This document shows, piece after piece, positions 47,868-56,314 of a stretch of 64,000 nt of DNA (positions are counted from its first letter, which is position 1; the number at the start of each line of letters is the position of its first letter). The stretch spans positions 4,733 through 68,732 of the forward strand of contig CAYOHZ010000004.1 in assembly GCA_964403925.1 (NCBI GenBank), given 5' to 3'. The stretch comes from an uncultured Salinarchaeum sp. (GTDB lineage: Archaea; Halobacteriota; Halobacteria; Halobacteriales; Salinarchaeaceae). The translations under genes and the position numbers were made by a program. The notes under the pieces are model-generated. The model worked only from the letters and a program-made list of their open reading frames with translations, was not told the origin of the DNA and did no database searches.

Positions 47868-49283
47868 TTAGCGATGCAGTTCCTCGGCATCAATTCGATC
47901 CCCCTCGAGTTGTCGGCCTTTGACAGTCACTTCTTCGCCGAGTCCAACGTCACGGCTTGTTTCGACGGTGATGATCCGATCGCCGACATCGAGTTTGACC
48001 GGCTCGCCCGGCTGAATAACGACGCCAGTCACCTCCGTGGTCATCTCGGTCGCTGCCGTTTCGGAGGGGGTGCTCGTGTCCGTTGGTGTGGTGCCGTCTT
48101 CGAACGATGAAAGAACGACCCCCGGCTCATCATCAGTTGTCTCCTCGGTGTCTTCAGCGTTTGATTCAACGATTGACTCCTCAAGCGGGACGATCGCAGA
48201 CTGCCAGTTCGCAGAGGCCTCCAAATCGTCTTGCCAGCCGTCTTCGATCTGTGCGTCAATCACAGCGATTGCGTCTCCTGGTCCGATTTCTCTGTCGGCA
48301 TGGGCCCCCCACAACGCAACCCGGATGTCCCCGGTGTTATCCTGAATTCGGAGATTCCGGACTTGTCCCTCGGAGCCATCATCCCGATCGAAGGTCCGTT
48401 TGGGGTCTGCAGACCGAACGACACCTTTCAAATCAACCGTCTGTCCCATTTCGATATCCTCGATTGCTGTTGTGTCTGGGACGTGCTCGATCGGTTCTGT
48501 TGCCGGTTCGATCGTTCCCCGGTCTCCGATATGGACCTCTAACTCCCCATCGCGTTCTCGCACGTAGCCGTCAATAATTTCGATTACATCTCCTGGTGTG
48601 AGCTCTGTCACGTGATCAGCCATGCTATCCCACAATGTCACCCGGGTTCGGCCGGTCGCATCGCCAAGTAACGCGTTTGCGACTTTCCCCTCAGAGCCAT
48701 CATCCCGTTGGAAGGTTCGTACTGATTCTGTGTCTAACACCTGCCCAGCAACGGTCACTTCCGAAAGCCCGATCGTCAGCTCCGCGATGTCATATGTATT
48801 ATCAATCGTAACATCAACGTCTGTCTCTGGATCCGGCTCGACAGTTGTTACGTTAACTTCAACTCCAGAATAGCCCTCCTGTGGACGGCCTTTGATCCGC
48901 AGTACGTCGCCAACCTCGAGTGAGTCCGCCGCATCGCGGGCATGGCCATCCCACAAGGCGATCCGGACCTGCCCCGTCTCATCGGCCACATCGACGTTCA
49001 GGACATGGCCAGCGTCTTCATCCTCCTCACGATCAAACGTTCGAAGGTCGCCAACAGATGTTACTTTTCCGATAAACTTCACTTCCTGCATCCCGGCCTC
49101 GATGTCGGCGATCCCGTCGATCTCACCGCCGTCGTCGTCTAGTTCATGGGCAACCAGCATTGCCGCTGTTTCCTCATCAGCAAGCCCGCCCATCTCCGCA
49201 ACGCGCTCTTCGACTGCGCTCCGATAGTCTTCCAGTGATAAGTCAGCATCTAAGTCTTCGTAGATCTCTTCGATGACTCCCAT
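47868..49283 (-). CDS. replication protein A (multi-OB-fold ssDNA-binding protein, Rpa2-like)
   Basis: 471 aa. The OB-fold pattern recurs three times (F.RDDGSEG.V.N..L.D.TG..RV.LW). The interdomain linkers are acidic. Confidence 0.85.
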   Translation of the reverse strand: MGVIEEIYEDLDADLSLEDYRSAVEERVAEMGGLADEETAAMLVAHELDDDGGEIDGIADIEAGMQEVKFIGKVTSVGDLRTFDREEDEDAGHVLNVDVADETGQVRIALWDGHARDAADSLEVGDVLRIKGRPQEGYSGVEVNVTTVEPDPETDVDVTIDNTYDIAELTIGLSEVTVAGQVLDTESVRTFQRDDGSEGKVANALLGDATGRTRVTLWDSMADHVTELTPGDVIEIIDGYVRERDGELEVHIGDRGTIEPATEPIEHVPDTTAIEDIEMGQTVDLKGVVRSADPKRTFDRDDGSEGQVRNLRIQDNTGDIRVALWGAHADREIGPGDAIAVIDAQIEDGWQDDLEASANWQSAIVPLEESIVESNAEDTEETTDDEPGVVLSSFEDGTTPTDTSTPSETAATEMTTEVTGVVIQPGEPVKLDVGDRIITVETSRDVGLGEEVTVKGRQLEGDRIDAEELHR

Positions 49284-49382
49284 TTATCGTCGTGTCTTAC
49301 TGATGCGAAGCAAAAGCATTGTCCTTGTCCGTCTCTTGGAGACCGTAACCCCTTTAGCGTACTCCATGTTATCTACATGTGA

Positions 49383-49455
49383 GTCCTGATAGGGTAGTGG
49401 ACTATCCTCCGGGCTTGCGGAGCCCGGGACCGGAGTTCAAATCTCCGTCAGGACG
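49383..49455 (+). tRNA. tRNA-Arg (anticodon GCG)
   Basis: GTCCTGATAGGGTAGTGGACTATCCTCCGGGCTTGCGGAGCCCGGGACCGGAGTTCAAATCTCCGTCAGGACG. The acceptor pairs GTCCTGA/TCAGGAC, the anticodon stem pairs CGGGC/GCCCG with loop TTGCGGA, and the T-arm is CGGAG-TTCAAAT-CTCCG. I could not resolve the D-arm register by eye. Confidence 0.85.
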
Positions 49456-49466
49456 CTCTTTTTTGG
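49456..49466 (+). terminator. oligo-T tract after tRNA-Arg
   Basis: CTCTTTTTTGG follows the discriminator base directly. Archaeal RNA polymerase terminates at T-runs. Confidence 0.5.
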
Positions 49467-49491
49467 TCGGTGACACAACGATCCGGAACCC

Positions 49492-50895
49492 TCAATTCGA
49501 GTCACCTGTTGTCAGCGACGTGTCACCGTTGCTCTCGGTCCCAGTAAACTCAAACCGTGTCCCCCCTGTTTCACTGTCAGCAACGGTAGCCTCCCAGTTA
49601 TGATCGGTCGCGATCTGTTCGACGATTGAGAGTCCGAACCCGGTCCCGTCACCATCAGCTGTAAATCCCCATTCGAAAACCCGGTCCGGATCGTCAATAT
49701 CGATTCCTGGACCATCATCGGCGACGTAGAACCCCTCCTCAATCGTCCCAACAGTTACTGTCGGTTCCGGACCGGCATGCTCGACAGCATTCCGAAATAG
49801 ATTCTCAAGCAACCGCCGCAACTGGCTTTTATCGGCAGTAATTGGCTCTGAGTCTTGAATTTGCAGTGTTGCGTCTCTTGTCTCGACGACTGCCCATGCG
49901 TCTCGTGTTGCTGTCTCGAGCTCAACAGGCTCGATCGCTGTCGGATCAACTGATCCCCGTGCGAGGGTCATTACATCGCCAATGATTTGATCAGCACGCT
50001 CGATTGCGGTTTTCGCCGCTTCGAGATGGTCGGTATTATCCGTTTGTTCGAAGAGCTCGATCCGACCGCTGGCCACTGTCAGCGGACTTCTGAGGTCGTG
50101 TGAGATAATACTCGCCACCTTGTCAAGACGTTCGTTTTGTTGTTGCAATCGTTGTTCGTCTTGTTTGCGTTGGGTGATCTCCCGGCTACTGACGAGCACA
50201 GCACTAGCGATCGGAAGGTCCGCCTCCAGACGACGGGCACGTGATTCGACCCAGATCCAGGCATTATCGGCCCGTTGATACCGGTGTTCAACAGTAATCG
50301 TCTCTAGCTCCCCATCGACAACTCGCTGAAACGCATCCATAACGTCTGCACGATCGTCCGGATGGACGTTAGCCGTCATTGTCGTCTTGGTTAACTCCGC
50401 CGGGTCGTACCCACAGATCTCCTGTACAGATGGCGTTATATACCGAATCGTTGCGTCGTCGTCTACTATCGCAATCGTGTCTGCTGACCGTTTGAGAAAC
50501 GCTCGAAACTGCTCGTCAATCGGCTCTTGGCCTGCTCGTGGCTGTGTCGTAAGTATATATCCGTCCGTGGTTGTCTCCCCAATTGATCGGACCCACTGCC
50601 ATGTCTCACTGGCCGTTCGATAGCGGTGTTTGACCGTCACCTCATCGTCTAGTCCTTCGATACGAAGTGTTTCGAGCCAGTCGAGAAACCTCTCTTTGTC
50701 CGCTGGGTGTAGATAGTCCGTGACCGCCTCGCCGACAAGCGCAGTTGGATCATATCCTAATAGTTGTTCGACACCAGGCGATTGGTACTGGAATCGATAC
50801 TTGTGGTCAAGTACGATCAGTACGACAGGCCCGGCGTCGATTTCCGCCAGTATGTTCGACACCTGTGTTGTGTTCCTCCCATTGCTGTTCACCAT
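49492..50895 (-). CDS. PAS-domain sensor histidine kinase
   Basis: Two PAS-like repeats are followed by the H-box ISHDLRSPLT, an N-box RRLLENLFRNAVEH, G1 DDGPGID and G2 GTGFGLSIV. The start is the ATG at 50895 or the GTG at 50901. Confidence 0.88.
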   Translation of the reverse strand: MVNSNGRNTTQVSNILAEIDAGPVVLIVLDHKYRFQYQSPGVEQLLGYDPTALVGEAVTDYLHPADKERFLDWLETLRIEGLDDEVTVKHRYRTASETWQWVRSIGETTTDGYILTTQPRAGQEPIDEQFRAFLKRSADTIAIVDDDATIRYITPSVQEICGYDPAELTKTTMTANVHPDDRADVMDAFQRVVDGELETITVEHRYQRADNAWIWVESRARRLEADLPIASAVLVSSREITQRKQDEQRLQQQNERLDKVASIISHDLRSPLTVASGRIELFEQTDNTDHLEAAKTAIERADQIIGDVMTLARGSVDPTAIEPVELETATRDAWAVVETRDATLQIQDSEPITADKSQLRRLLENLFRNAVEHAGPEPTVTVGTIEEGFYVADDGPGIDIDDPDRVFEWGFTADGDGTGFGLSIVEQIATDHNWEATVADSETGGTRFEFTGTESNGDTSLTTGDSN

Positions 50896-51160
50896 GTTCA
50901 CGTTCCTTCCCCCCGTATGTACTCATTAATTGATATAATATATAAAAACTCGCATCAGTGTATCTCTACTTCCTGCCTTCCTTTCCCCCTCCTGATAGGA
51001 GATAAGGACAACCCCACGCACAACCAGATGCAAAGCGGCTGATTTACAGGCTGTTGAGGCGACTGCCCGGAGGCTTGATCCCGAGGCAGTTCACGATCGC
51101 TGTTGTTCCGGCTTTTTCGAGAGCCGATATCTTTTAACGACCACTGAAAATAGCTTGTGT

Positions 51161-52495
51161 ATGATTCTTAGGGGTGGGATCCTGGCAGACGGTCGACACC
51201 GAGACATTCGAATTGAGGACGGCCAGATTACGGCCGTTGAACCGACACTCCGCCCGACGACGGCTGAATCCGTGATTGATGTTACGGATTATCTGCTATT
51301 CCCCGGTGCGATCGATGCTCATGTTCATTTCCGTGAACCCGGTGGAGCACATAAAGAAACATGGGCAACCGGAAGTCGGGCCGCTGCTGCTGGGGGTGTA
51401 ACGACAGTTATCGAGCAACCAAATACCGATCCACCAACAACGACCGGCGAGGCGTTTGATCTGAAAGCCAGCCGCGCCAGCGCGTCAGTTATTGATTATG
51501 GTCTCAACGGCGGTGTGACACCGACCTGGGATCCTGACTCGCTTTTCGAACGTCCGCTCTGTGCGCTTGGCGAGGTTTTTTTGGCTGACTCAACCGGTGA
51601 CATGGGAATTGATACATCGACCTTTCGACAGGCGGCTCTGCGTGCTCGTGCCGAACAAGTTCCTGTCACCGTCCATGCTGAAGACGAACGCACGTTCGAT
51701 CCAAGCGCACTTGATGCGGCGTCCGGTCGTGGCCGAGATGCGTCTGTCGATCGGTGGAGCCAGTATCGCCCCCCAACGAGTGAAATCCAAGCTGTTAAGC
51801 AGGCAATCACAGTTGCCGAGGCTGTCGATGTCCCTGTTCATATCGCACATGCCTCGACGCCAACCGCGATAGATCTCGTGGCCGATCGTTCGATGACCTG
51901 TGAAGTAACTCCTCACCACGCGCTGTTATCCCGCGCCGATAGTGCTGAGCTGGGGACATACGGACGCATGAACCCACCGCTTCGGTCTGCGGACCGCAGA
52001 GCTGCGGTCTTTGAGCGGCTTGTTGAGGGACAAGTCGATCTGATCGCAACCGATCATGCGCCGCACACACGCGCGGAAAAAGATACTTCGCTTGTTGCGG
52101 CCCCCAGCGGTGTTCCAGGGGTTGAAACCATGTTGCCAGTGTTTCTTGCCACGACTCGCGAGACCGACCTCTCGTTGCCCCGGCTTCGTGATCTCACAGC
52201 AACAACCCCCGCATCGGTCTTTGGATTATCCTCAAAAGGCCGTATTGCGCCTGGCTATGATGCTGATATCGCTGTTTTCGACCGTGACAGACTCCAAACA
52301 GTCACCCCCGATCAGCTTCACTCGAAGGCTGACTGGTCTCCATTTGCTGGCCACCCGGCGATCTTTCCGCTGTTGACGCTCCTCCGTGGGCAGATGATCT
52401 ATCGTGATCCCGCATCCTCGATCCGTCTTCCGACCACAATGTCCGTCGATGAGCAAGGATTCGGCCCAGCGATCGGTCAGAACGTGTGTCGCTGA
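51161..52495 (+). CDS. pyrC: dihydroorotase
   Basis: Amidohydrolase motifs: PGAIDAHVHFREPG, VTTVIEQPNT, HAED, ATDHAPH, DADIAVFD. The ATG at 51161 (MILRGG...) is preferred over the TTG at 51155. Confidence 0.85.
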   Translation: MILRGGILADGRHRDIRIEDGQITAVEPTLRPTTAESVIDVTDYLLFPGAIDAHVHFREPGGAHKETWATGSRAAAAGGVTTVIEQPNTDPPTTTGEAFDLKASRASASVIDYGLNGGVTPTWDPDSLFERPLCALGEVFLADSTGDMGIDTSTFRQAALRARAEQVPVTVHAEDERTFDPSALDAASGRGRDASVDRWSQYRPPTSEIQAVKQAITVAEAVDVPVHIAHASTPTAIDLVADRSMTCEVTPHHALLSRADSAELGTYGRMNPPLRSADRRAAVFERLVEGQVDLIATDHAPHTRAEKDTSLVAAPSGVPGVETMLPVFLATTRETDLSLPRLRDLTATTPASVFGLSSKGRIAPGYDADIAVFDRDRLQTVTPDQLHSKADWSPFAGHPAIFPLLTLLRGQMIYRDPASSIRLPTTMSVDEQGFGPAIGQNVCR

Positions 52496-52532
52496 GGAAA
52501 ACACCCTTACAACTCGCCCCCGAATATGCGGT

Positions 52533-53021
52533 ATGGCCGAGCAGTCCAAACAACGCGAATCACGTGATGAGTCAGCTGGTAAAACCCTTACTGACTCACT
52601 CGACATGGACTTTGACGCTTCCGAAACCACTGGTAACCACTCAGCTGACTCGACAGGCCGGTTCGATATTGGCATGCCAAGTTTCGCATCCGTCCGTGGT
52701 CTGTTGCTCACGCTGGCTGCACTTGGTCTTCCAGCCGCTGTTGGGAGTGCAGTGGTTCCGGTCATTGGTGGTCCAGTTGGGATCGTTGCCGGGAGCTTTC
52801 TGTTGGGAGTCCTATCGGAGACTCGGTACCGGAGTGTCGGTGTTGCCGGGCTTTTCCTCGGTGCCATCGGCGCGCTTGTTGGCAATGCGACGCTTGCACT
52901 CGTCGCTGATGCAAGCCTTCAGTTAGCAGCGATCGGTGCTGTCGCTGGTGGGCTCATCAGTCTTGTTGGCCTCTATTTCGGTCGAGATCTGAGAGCTGGT
53001 CTGGCAAAAGACCTGTCCTAA
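52533..53021 (+). CDS. hypothetical membrane protein
   Basis: An acidic N-terminus is followed by about 4 Gly/Ala-rich TM helices. The ATG at 52533 lies after the pyrC stop. Confidence 0.55.
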   Translation: MAEQSKQRESRDESAGKTLTDSLDMDFDASETTGNHSADSTGRFDIGMPSFASVRGLLLTLAALGLPAAVGSAVVPVIGGPVGIVAGSFLLGVLSETRYRSVGVAGLFLGAIGALVGNATLALVADASLQLAAIGAVAGGLISLVGLYFGRDLRAGLAKDLS

Positions 53022-53024
53022 CGG

Positions 53025-53687
53025 TTAGTCTACAAGATGCCAGCCGCGATCTGTCTGTTGGACGATCCCTTGCTGTGAGAGTGTAACAATCGCATCTGCC
53101 ACGATATCTGGCGGAACCTCAAGCTTGGCGCTCAGTTCTTCGACCGTCCATGTCCCATCAGCGACGGCAACTAAAATATCTGCATAGAGCCGTCCGTTAT
53201 TGACCTCGGTGTTCTCAAACTCAGCTGTCAGCTCCTCGATCGTCTCAGTGATCCGGCCCTGGACCCATCGTTGGAGTACTGATAACTCGTTTTCTAATCC
53301 CCGGAGTCGATTGAGACGTCGCGCGAGCCGTGTTGGCTCGTCCGGTCGATCTCGATCAACGTCAACTGAGAGATACCGAAAGGACGTGATATCGAGATTT
53401 CGGCTGGCCGGATATGCGCTCCGTGTTCCGAACCCATACGGTGAGACACTAATCTCAAGCCGAAGGTTTCGGGCAATATGGAAGTATTTTCGCTGGCCAT
53501 CGTCAACGTGGCTCTCGACAAGCCCAGCGTCCTCAAGCTTCCGTAAATGATCGATGACAGCCTTTGGACTGACATCGAGATACTCGCTGATCTCGGTTAC
53601 ATAACAGGGCCGCTGTGCGAGCAACCGGAGGATTCGACGCCGGTTCTCGTTTCCCAGAAGGTCTAAGAGTGCGGCCGAGTCCATCAT
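53025..53687 (-). CDS. ArsR-family winged-HTH transcriptional regulator with a C-terminal coiled-coil extension
   Basis: LLGNENRRRILRLLAQRPCYVTEISEYLDVSPKAVIDHLRKLEDAGLV. Confidence 0.8.
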   Translation of the reverse strand: MMDSAALLDLLGNENRRRILRLLAQRPCYVTEISEYLDVSPKAVIDHLRKLEDAGLVESHVDDGQRKYFHIARNLRLEISVSPYGFGTRSAYPASRNLDITSFRYLSVDVDRDRPDEPTRLARRLNRLRGLENELSVLQRWVQGRITETIEELTAEFENTEVNNGRLYADILVAVADGTWTVEELSAKLEVPPDIVADAIVTLSQQGIVQQTDRGWHLVD

Positions 53688-53754
53688 GTTTACTTGAGGT
53701 TTCGAGCATAAAAAAGCTAGCTACTCTTGATGGTACGCCTGCAAGATGACGGGG

Positions 53755-54126
53755 TCAGCGCCGATCAAGAATCAGTCCAGCCACAAGCCCAATTCCAAGA
53801 CCGATTGTAATTCCAGCTTGGGGTTGCATGAACAGATACCCGACGATGGCACCGACAACGCCCCCGATAATTATCCCCCACAGGAGATACGCACTCTGAT
53901 CTGCTGTCGCTGTGTCAGGTTCGTGTGTCGGAAGTGCTGTAACATCGTCCGCAGTCGGATCCTCCGGGAGTTTTTCGATACACTCAAAACAGAGAAACCA
54001 CTCCGTGCCATCGGACAGTTCCAAGGTCATCCCGCCAGAGTCACCCCCTTCGAACGTCCAGACGTTTTCAATCCCACCGCTGATTTGGACATCCCGTCCA
54101 CAGCCATCACACGTTTCTGCAATCAT
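53755..54126 (-). CDS. zinc-ribbon protein with a C-terminal membrane anchor
   Basis: CDGCGR...CFEC, then an acidic linker and two Gly-rich TM segments. Confidence 0.6.
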   Translation of the reverse strand: MIAETCDGCGRDVQISGGIENVWTFEGGDSGGMTLELSDGTEWFLCFECIEKLPEDPTADDVTALPTHEPDTATADQSAYLLWGIIIGGVVGAIVGYLFMQPQAGITIGLGIGLVAGLILDRR

Positions 54127-54224
54127 TCTCGTCGTTCAGACGTAGCTACGGGTGGTTACTTGTTGATGTTTGCGTCTCAACAACCAGAGCAAGCCAAGTC
54201 TCCCAAGCTTGCCTCCGAAGCAGT

Positions 54225-54395
54225 TCAGGAGTTGATATCCTTGAACGCGGCAAGAAGCTCTTCTGTAGACTCTCCCGACTCGTATTCAACGGTGCCTCGG
54301 TATTCGTGTCGATCATCATCGAACGCGGCATCCACACTGTTGACTTTTTGTTCGCGGCGTTCATGTTCGTCTTCGTCATAGGCACCCATTGACAT
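54225..54395 (-). CDS. 56-aa conserved haloarchaeal small acidic protein (DUF5786-like)
   Basis: MSMGAYDEDEHERREQKVNSVDAAFDDDRHEYRGTVEYESGESTEELLAAFKDINS*. The ORF track lists only an overlapping basic 79-aa ORF (54146-54385) in another frame, and its composition is not haloarchaeal. Confidence 0.7.
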   Translation of the reverse strand: MSMGAYDEDEHERREQKVNSVDAAFDDDRHEYRGTVEYESGESTEELLAAFKDINS

Positions 54396-54539
54396 GGTAA
54401 CCAGTATATAGTTACCCTCGTTTAGTATTGAATGTAATGGTTATCATACTAACTTTTCCTCTACTCGAAGTGCTGTTGTCGCCGTCTCAGTCGCTTCCCA
54501 AAGCCGACGACTTTAGTCGCTGCGTGGCGCAGGAGTAGT

Positions 54540-55322
54540 ATGCCAGTTGCGGATCTTCATGTTCATACAACGGTCTCCGATGGGCAGCTTTCGCCTGCTA
54601 CTGTTTCAACGGCTGCCGCTGCTGCTGGGCTTGAGGCCGTTGCGATCACTGATCACGATGCCATTCACCCAACGTTTGACAAGCCGGTCGTCATCCAAGA
54701 CGAGATCGAAGTGATCCATGGCATTGAACTTCGGATTGCAGCTGAGGACCTTCGGGTTGATTTACTTGGCTACGGCGTCGATCCGACGCCTGCTCTCCGC
54801 ACGGAATGTGATCGCTTGGCCACGGATCGAAAACGTCGTGCACAGGCGATTATCGACTGTCTTGAAGATCGACTTGACATTGCCCTTGATCTCTCTCCGT
54901 TCGATGGCATCGGCCGACCCCATATTGCACGTGCTATTGGGAATCACCCGGACGTTACCATGACTGCTGATGAAACCTTTAATGGGTTGATCGGCAGCGG
55001 TGACCCCTGTTATCGTCCACGGGAGCTTCCCAGCTTCGACCATGGCCGTGCGCTCCTTGCTGACGCAAGTGCTATTGTTGGACTTGCCCATCCGTTTCGA
55101 TATGACGATCCAATGGCAGCACTTGATCTGACGAAACGACTTGATGCAGTCGAGTATCACTATCCGTATGATCGTGCTGTTGACACCGCTTTGCTCAATC
55201 AGGTGATCGATCAATACGATTTACTTCCCCTTGGCGGCTCGGATGCTCACGATGAGACCGTTGGCATCACGGGGCTCAATCGAGCTGAATACGACCGTTT
55301 TCGAGGACAGCTCCCAGCATAA
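54540..55322 (+). CDS. PHP-domain metal-dependent phosphoesterase
   Basis: ADLHVHTTVSDG...AITDHD...GIE...LAHP...GGSDAH. Confidence 0.8.
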   Translation: MPVADLHVHTTVSDGQLSPATVSTAAAAAGLEAVAITDHDAIHPTFDKPVVIQDEIEVIHGIELRIAAEDLRVDLLGYGVDPTPALRTECDRLATDRKRRAQAIIDCLEDRLDIALDLSPFDGIGRPHIARAIGNHPDVTMTADETFNGLIGSGDPCYRPRELPSFDHGRALLADASAIVGLAHPFRYDDPMAALDLTKRLDAVEYHYPYDRAVDTALLNQVIDQYDLLPLGGSDAHDETVGITGLNRAEYDRFRGQLPA

Positions 55323-55409
55323 CGCTGTTGTGCCGTAGTCCACCTGTCCAACTCGGGGAAAAAGACCCGTGAAATTCAATGCGGTCGACCACGAACAAGG
55401 AACTGTCAC

Positions 55410-55574
55410 ATGCAGTGTCACTACTGTGATGAGCCCGCTGCGTATGCGGTCGAATCAAACGGGATCAAGGTCGGCCTCTGTGAGACTCACCTCCAAGAAC
55501 GGATCGAAGAACTCGCTGAGTCCGGTGCCTTCGAGCGAGTTCGTGAGCGGATTGATGTAAACCGTCGTGAGTAA
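55410..55574 (+). CDS. 54-aa small Cys-containing protein (DUF6757-like)
   Basis: MQCHYCDEPAAYAVESNGIKVGLCETHLQERIEELAESGAFERVRERIDVNRRE*. It is below the ORF-track cutoff. It resembles a conserved haloarchaeal small protein as I recall it. Confidence 0.6.
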   Translation: MQCHYCDEPAAYAVESNGIKVGLCETHLQERIEELAESGAFERVRERIDVNRRE

Positions 55575-55682
55575 GCGATCAGTCGCCGTCTTCTTTTCGA
55601 CACCAGCCAGCTTCGCTTTGGACACGACCGTAATACCGATAGGCCTTCTTTTTACTCTCAGTCGCAAAAACCGGTGTAGATC

Positions 55683-56054
55683 CTACGCCTCGATTTCGAT
55701 TTCGCGACCTTGGACGGCTGCCTCGGTGTGTACCGGCAGTCGGACTTCTAGGATTCCGTTGTTGTAGCTGGCGGTAATCGCGTCTTCATCGACTGACTTG
55801 GGGAACCGAAATCGCTGATGGTAGGTCCGCCGCTCGCTTCGCATCTCATCTTCGTGCTCGGCGGCGATATTCAGCGTGCCGTCGTCCCAGGCAGCAGAAA
55901 TCTCGTTGGGATCGAATCCCGGCAACTCGACGGTGAGAACGAACTCATCGTCTTCTTCGTAGAGTTCGTAGTCGCTACGACCGGTACCGAACAGTTGGCT
56001 CGGGAAATCGAGGTTCTGGATCCAAGAGTCCGCTGGCGTTGTCGGCAGTGTCAT
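55683..56054 (-). CDS. hsp20: Hsp20/alpha-crystallin small heat-shock protein
   Basis: DLYEEDDEFVLTVELPGFDPNEI....DGTLNIAAEHE...F.FP..VD.D.ITASYNNGILEVRLP. A TATA-like TTTATATAG lies on this strand about 45 nt upstream. Confidence 0.92.
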   Translation of the reverse strand: MTLPTTPADSWIQNLDFPSQLFGTGRSDYELYEEDDEFVLTVELPGFDPNEISAAWDDGTLNIAAEHEDEMRSERRTYHQRFRFPKSVDEDAITASYNNGILEVRLPVHTEAAVQGREIEIEA

Positions 56055-56125
56055 GTTGGATCACCCCGATCCATTTACAACTAATATTGTGGTTCTATAT
56101 AAATCTTTTCCATATAGCTTTCCCT

Positions 56126-56312
56126 CACAACGCGGCGAAGATCATCAGCCTGCGGTATCCCCGCCGGACTCAAACTGGCTCTAGCGGAAGCACACCCATA
56201 GGCGTGCGCTTGAGCAGCGAGACGGCGAATACAGAGAAGGATATGTTCCTGCCGAGGAGTTGGCCAGGGCGGGGGTTCACGCTGAGAACCCACGAATCCA
56301 GTTGTGAGAAGA
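56126..56312 (+). mobile_element. 3'-terminal relic of a second IS1341-type tnpB element (last ~45 codons plus the right-end region)
   Basis: The translation HNAAKIISLRYPRRTQTGSSGSTPIGVRLSSET resembles the TnpB C-terminus after the zinc finger (NAAKNI..RY...). Downstream, the 38-nt block CCTGCCGAGGAGTTGGCCAGGGCGGGGGTTCACGCTGA (56248-56285) matches the relic at 43663-43700 (minus strand) at 34 of 38 positions. A hairpin GGGTTC-N7-GAACCC is present. Confidence 0.6.
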
Positions 56313-56314
56313 AC

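Noticed and set aside
50902-51160. AT-rich stretch flanked by TTCCTTCCCCCC / TTCCTTTCCCCC motifs, considered as a replication origin (DUE plus ORB-like G/C strings).
   Set aside because: The two motifs are direct rather than inverted. They do not match the ORB core (GTTCCA.TGGAAAC) as I recall it, and no orc1/cdc6 gene is adjacent. The AT-rich part is well placed to be the histidine kinase TATA region.
54146-54385. 79-aa ORF listed in the track (MPMTKTNMNAANKK...).
   Set aside because: It is basic, low in complexity and not haloarchaeal in composition. A 56-aa acidic ORF in another frame on the same strand (54225-54395) explains the locus better.
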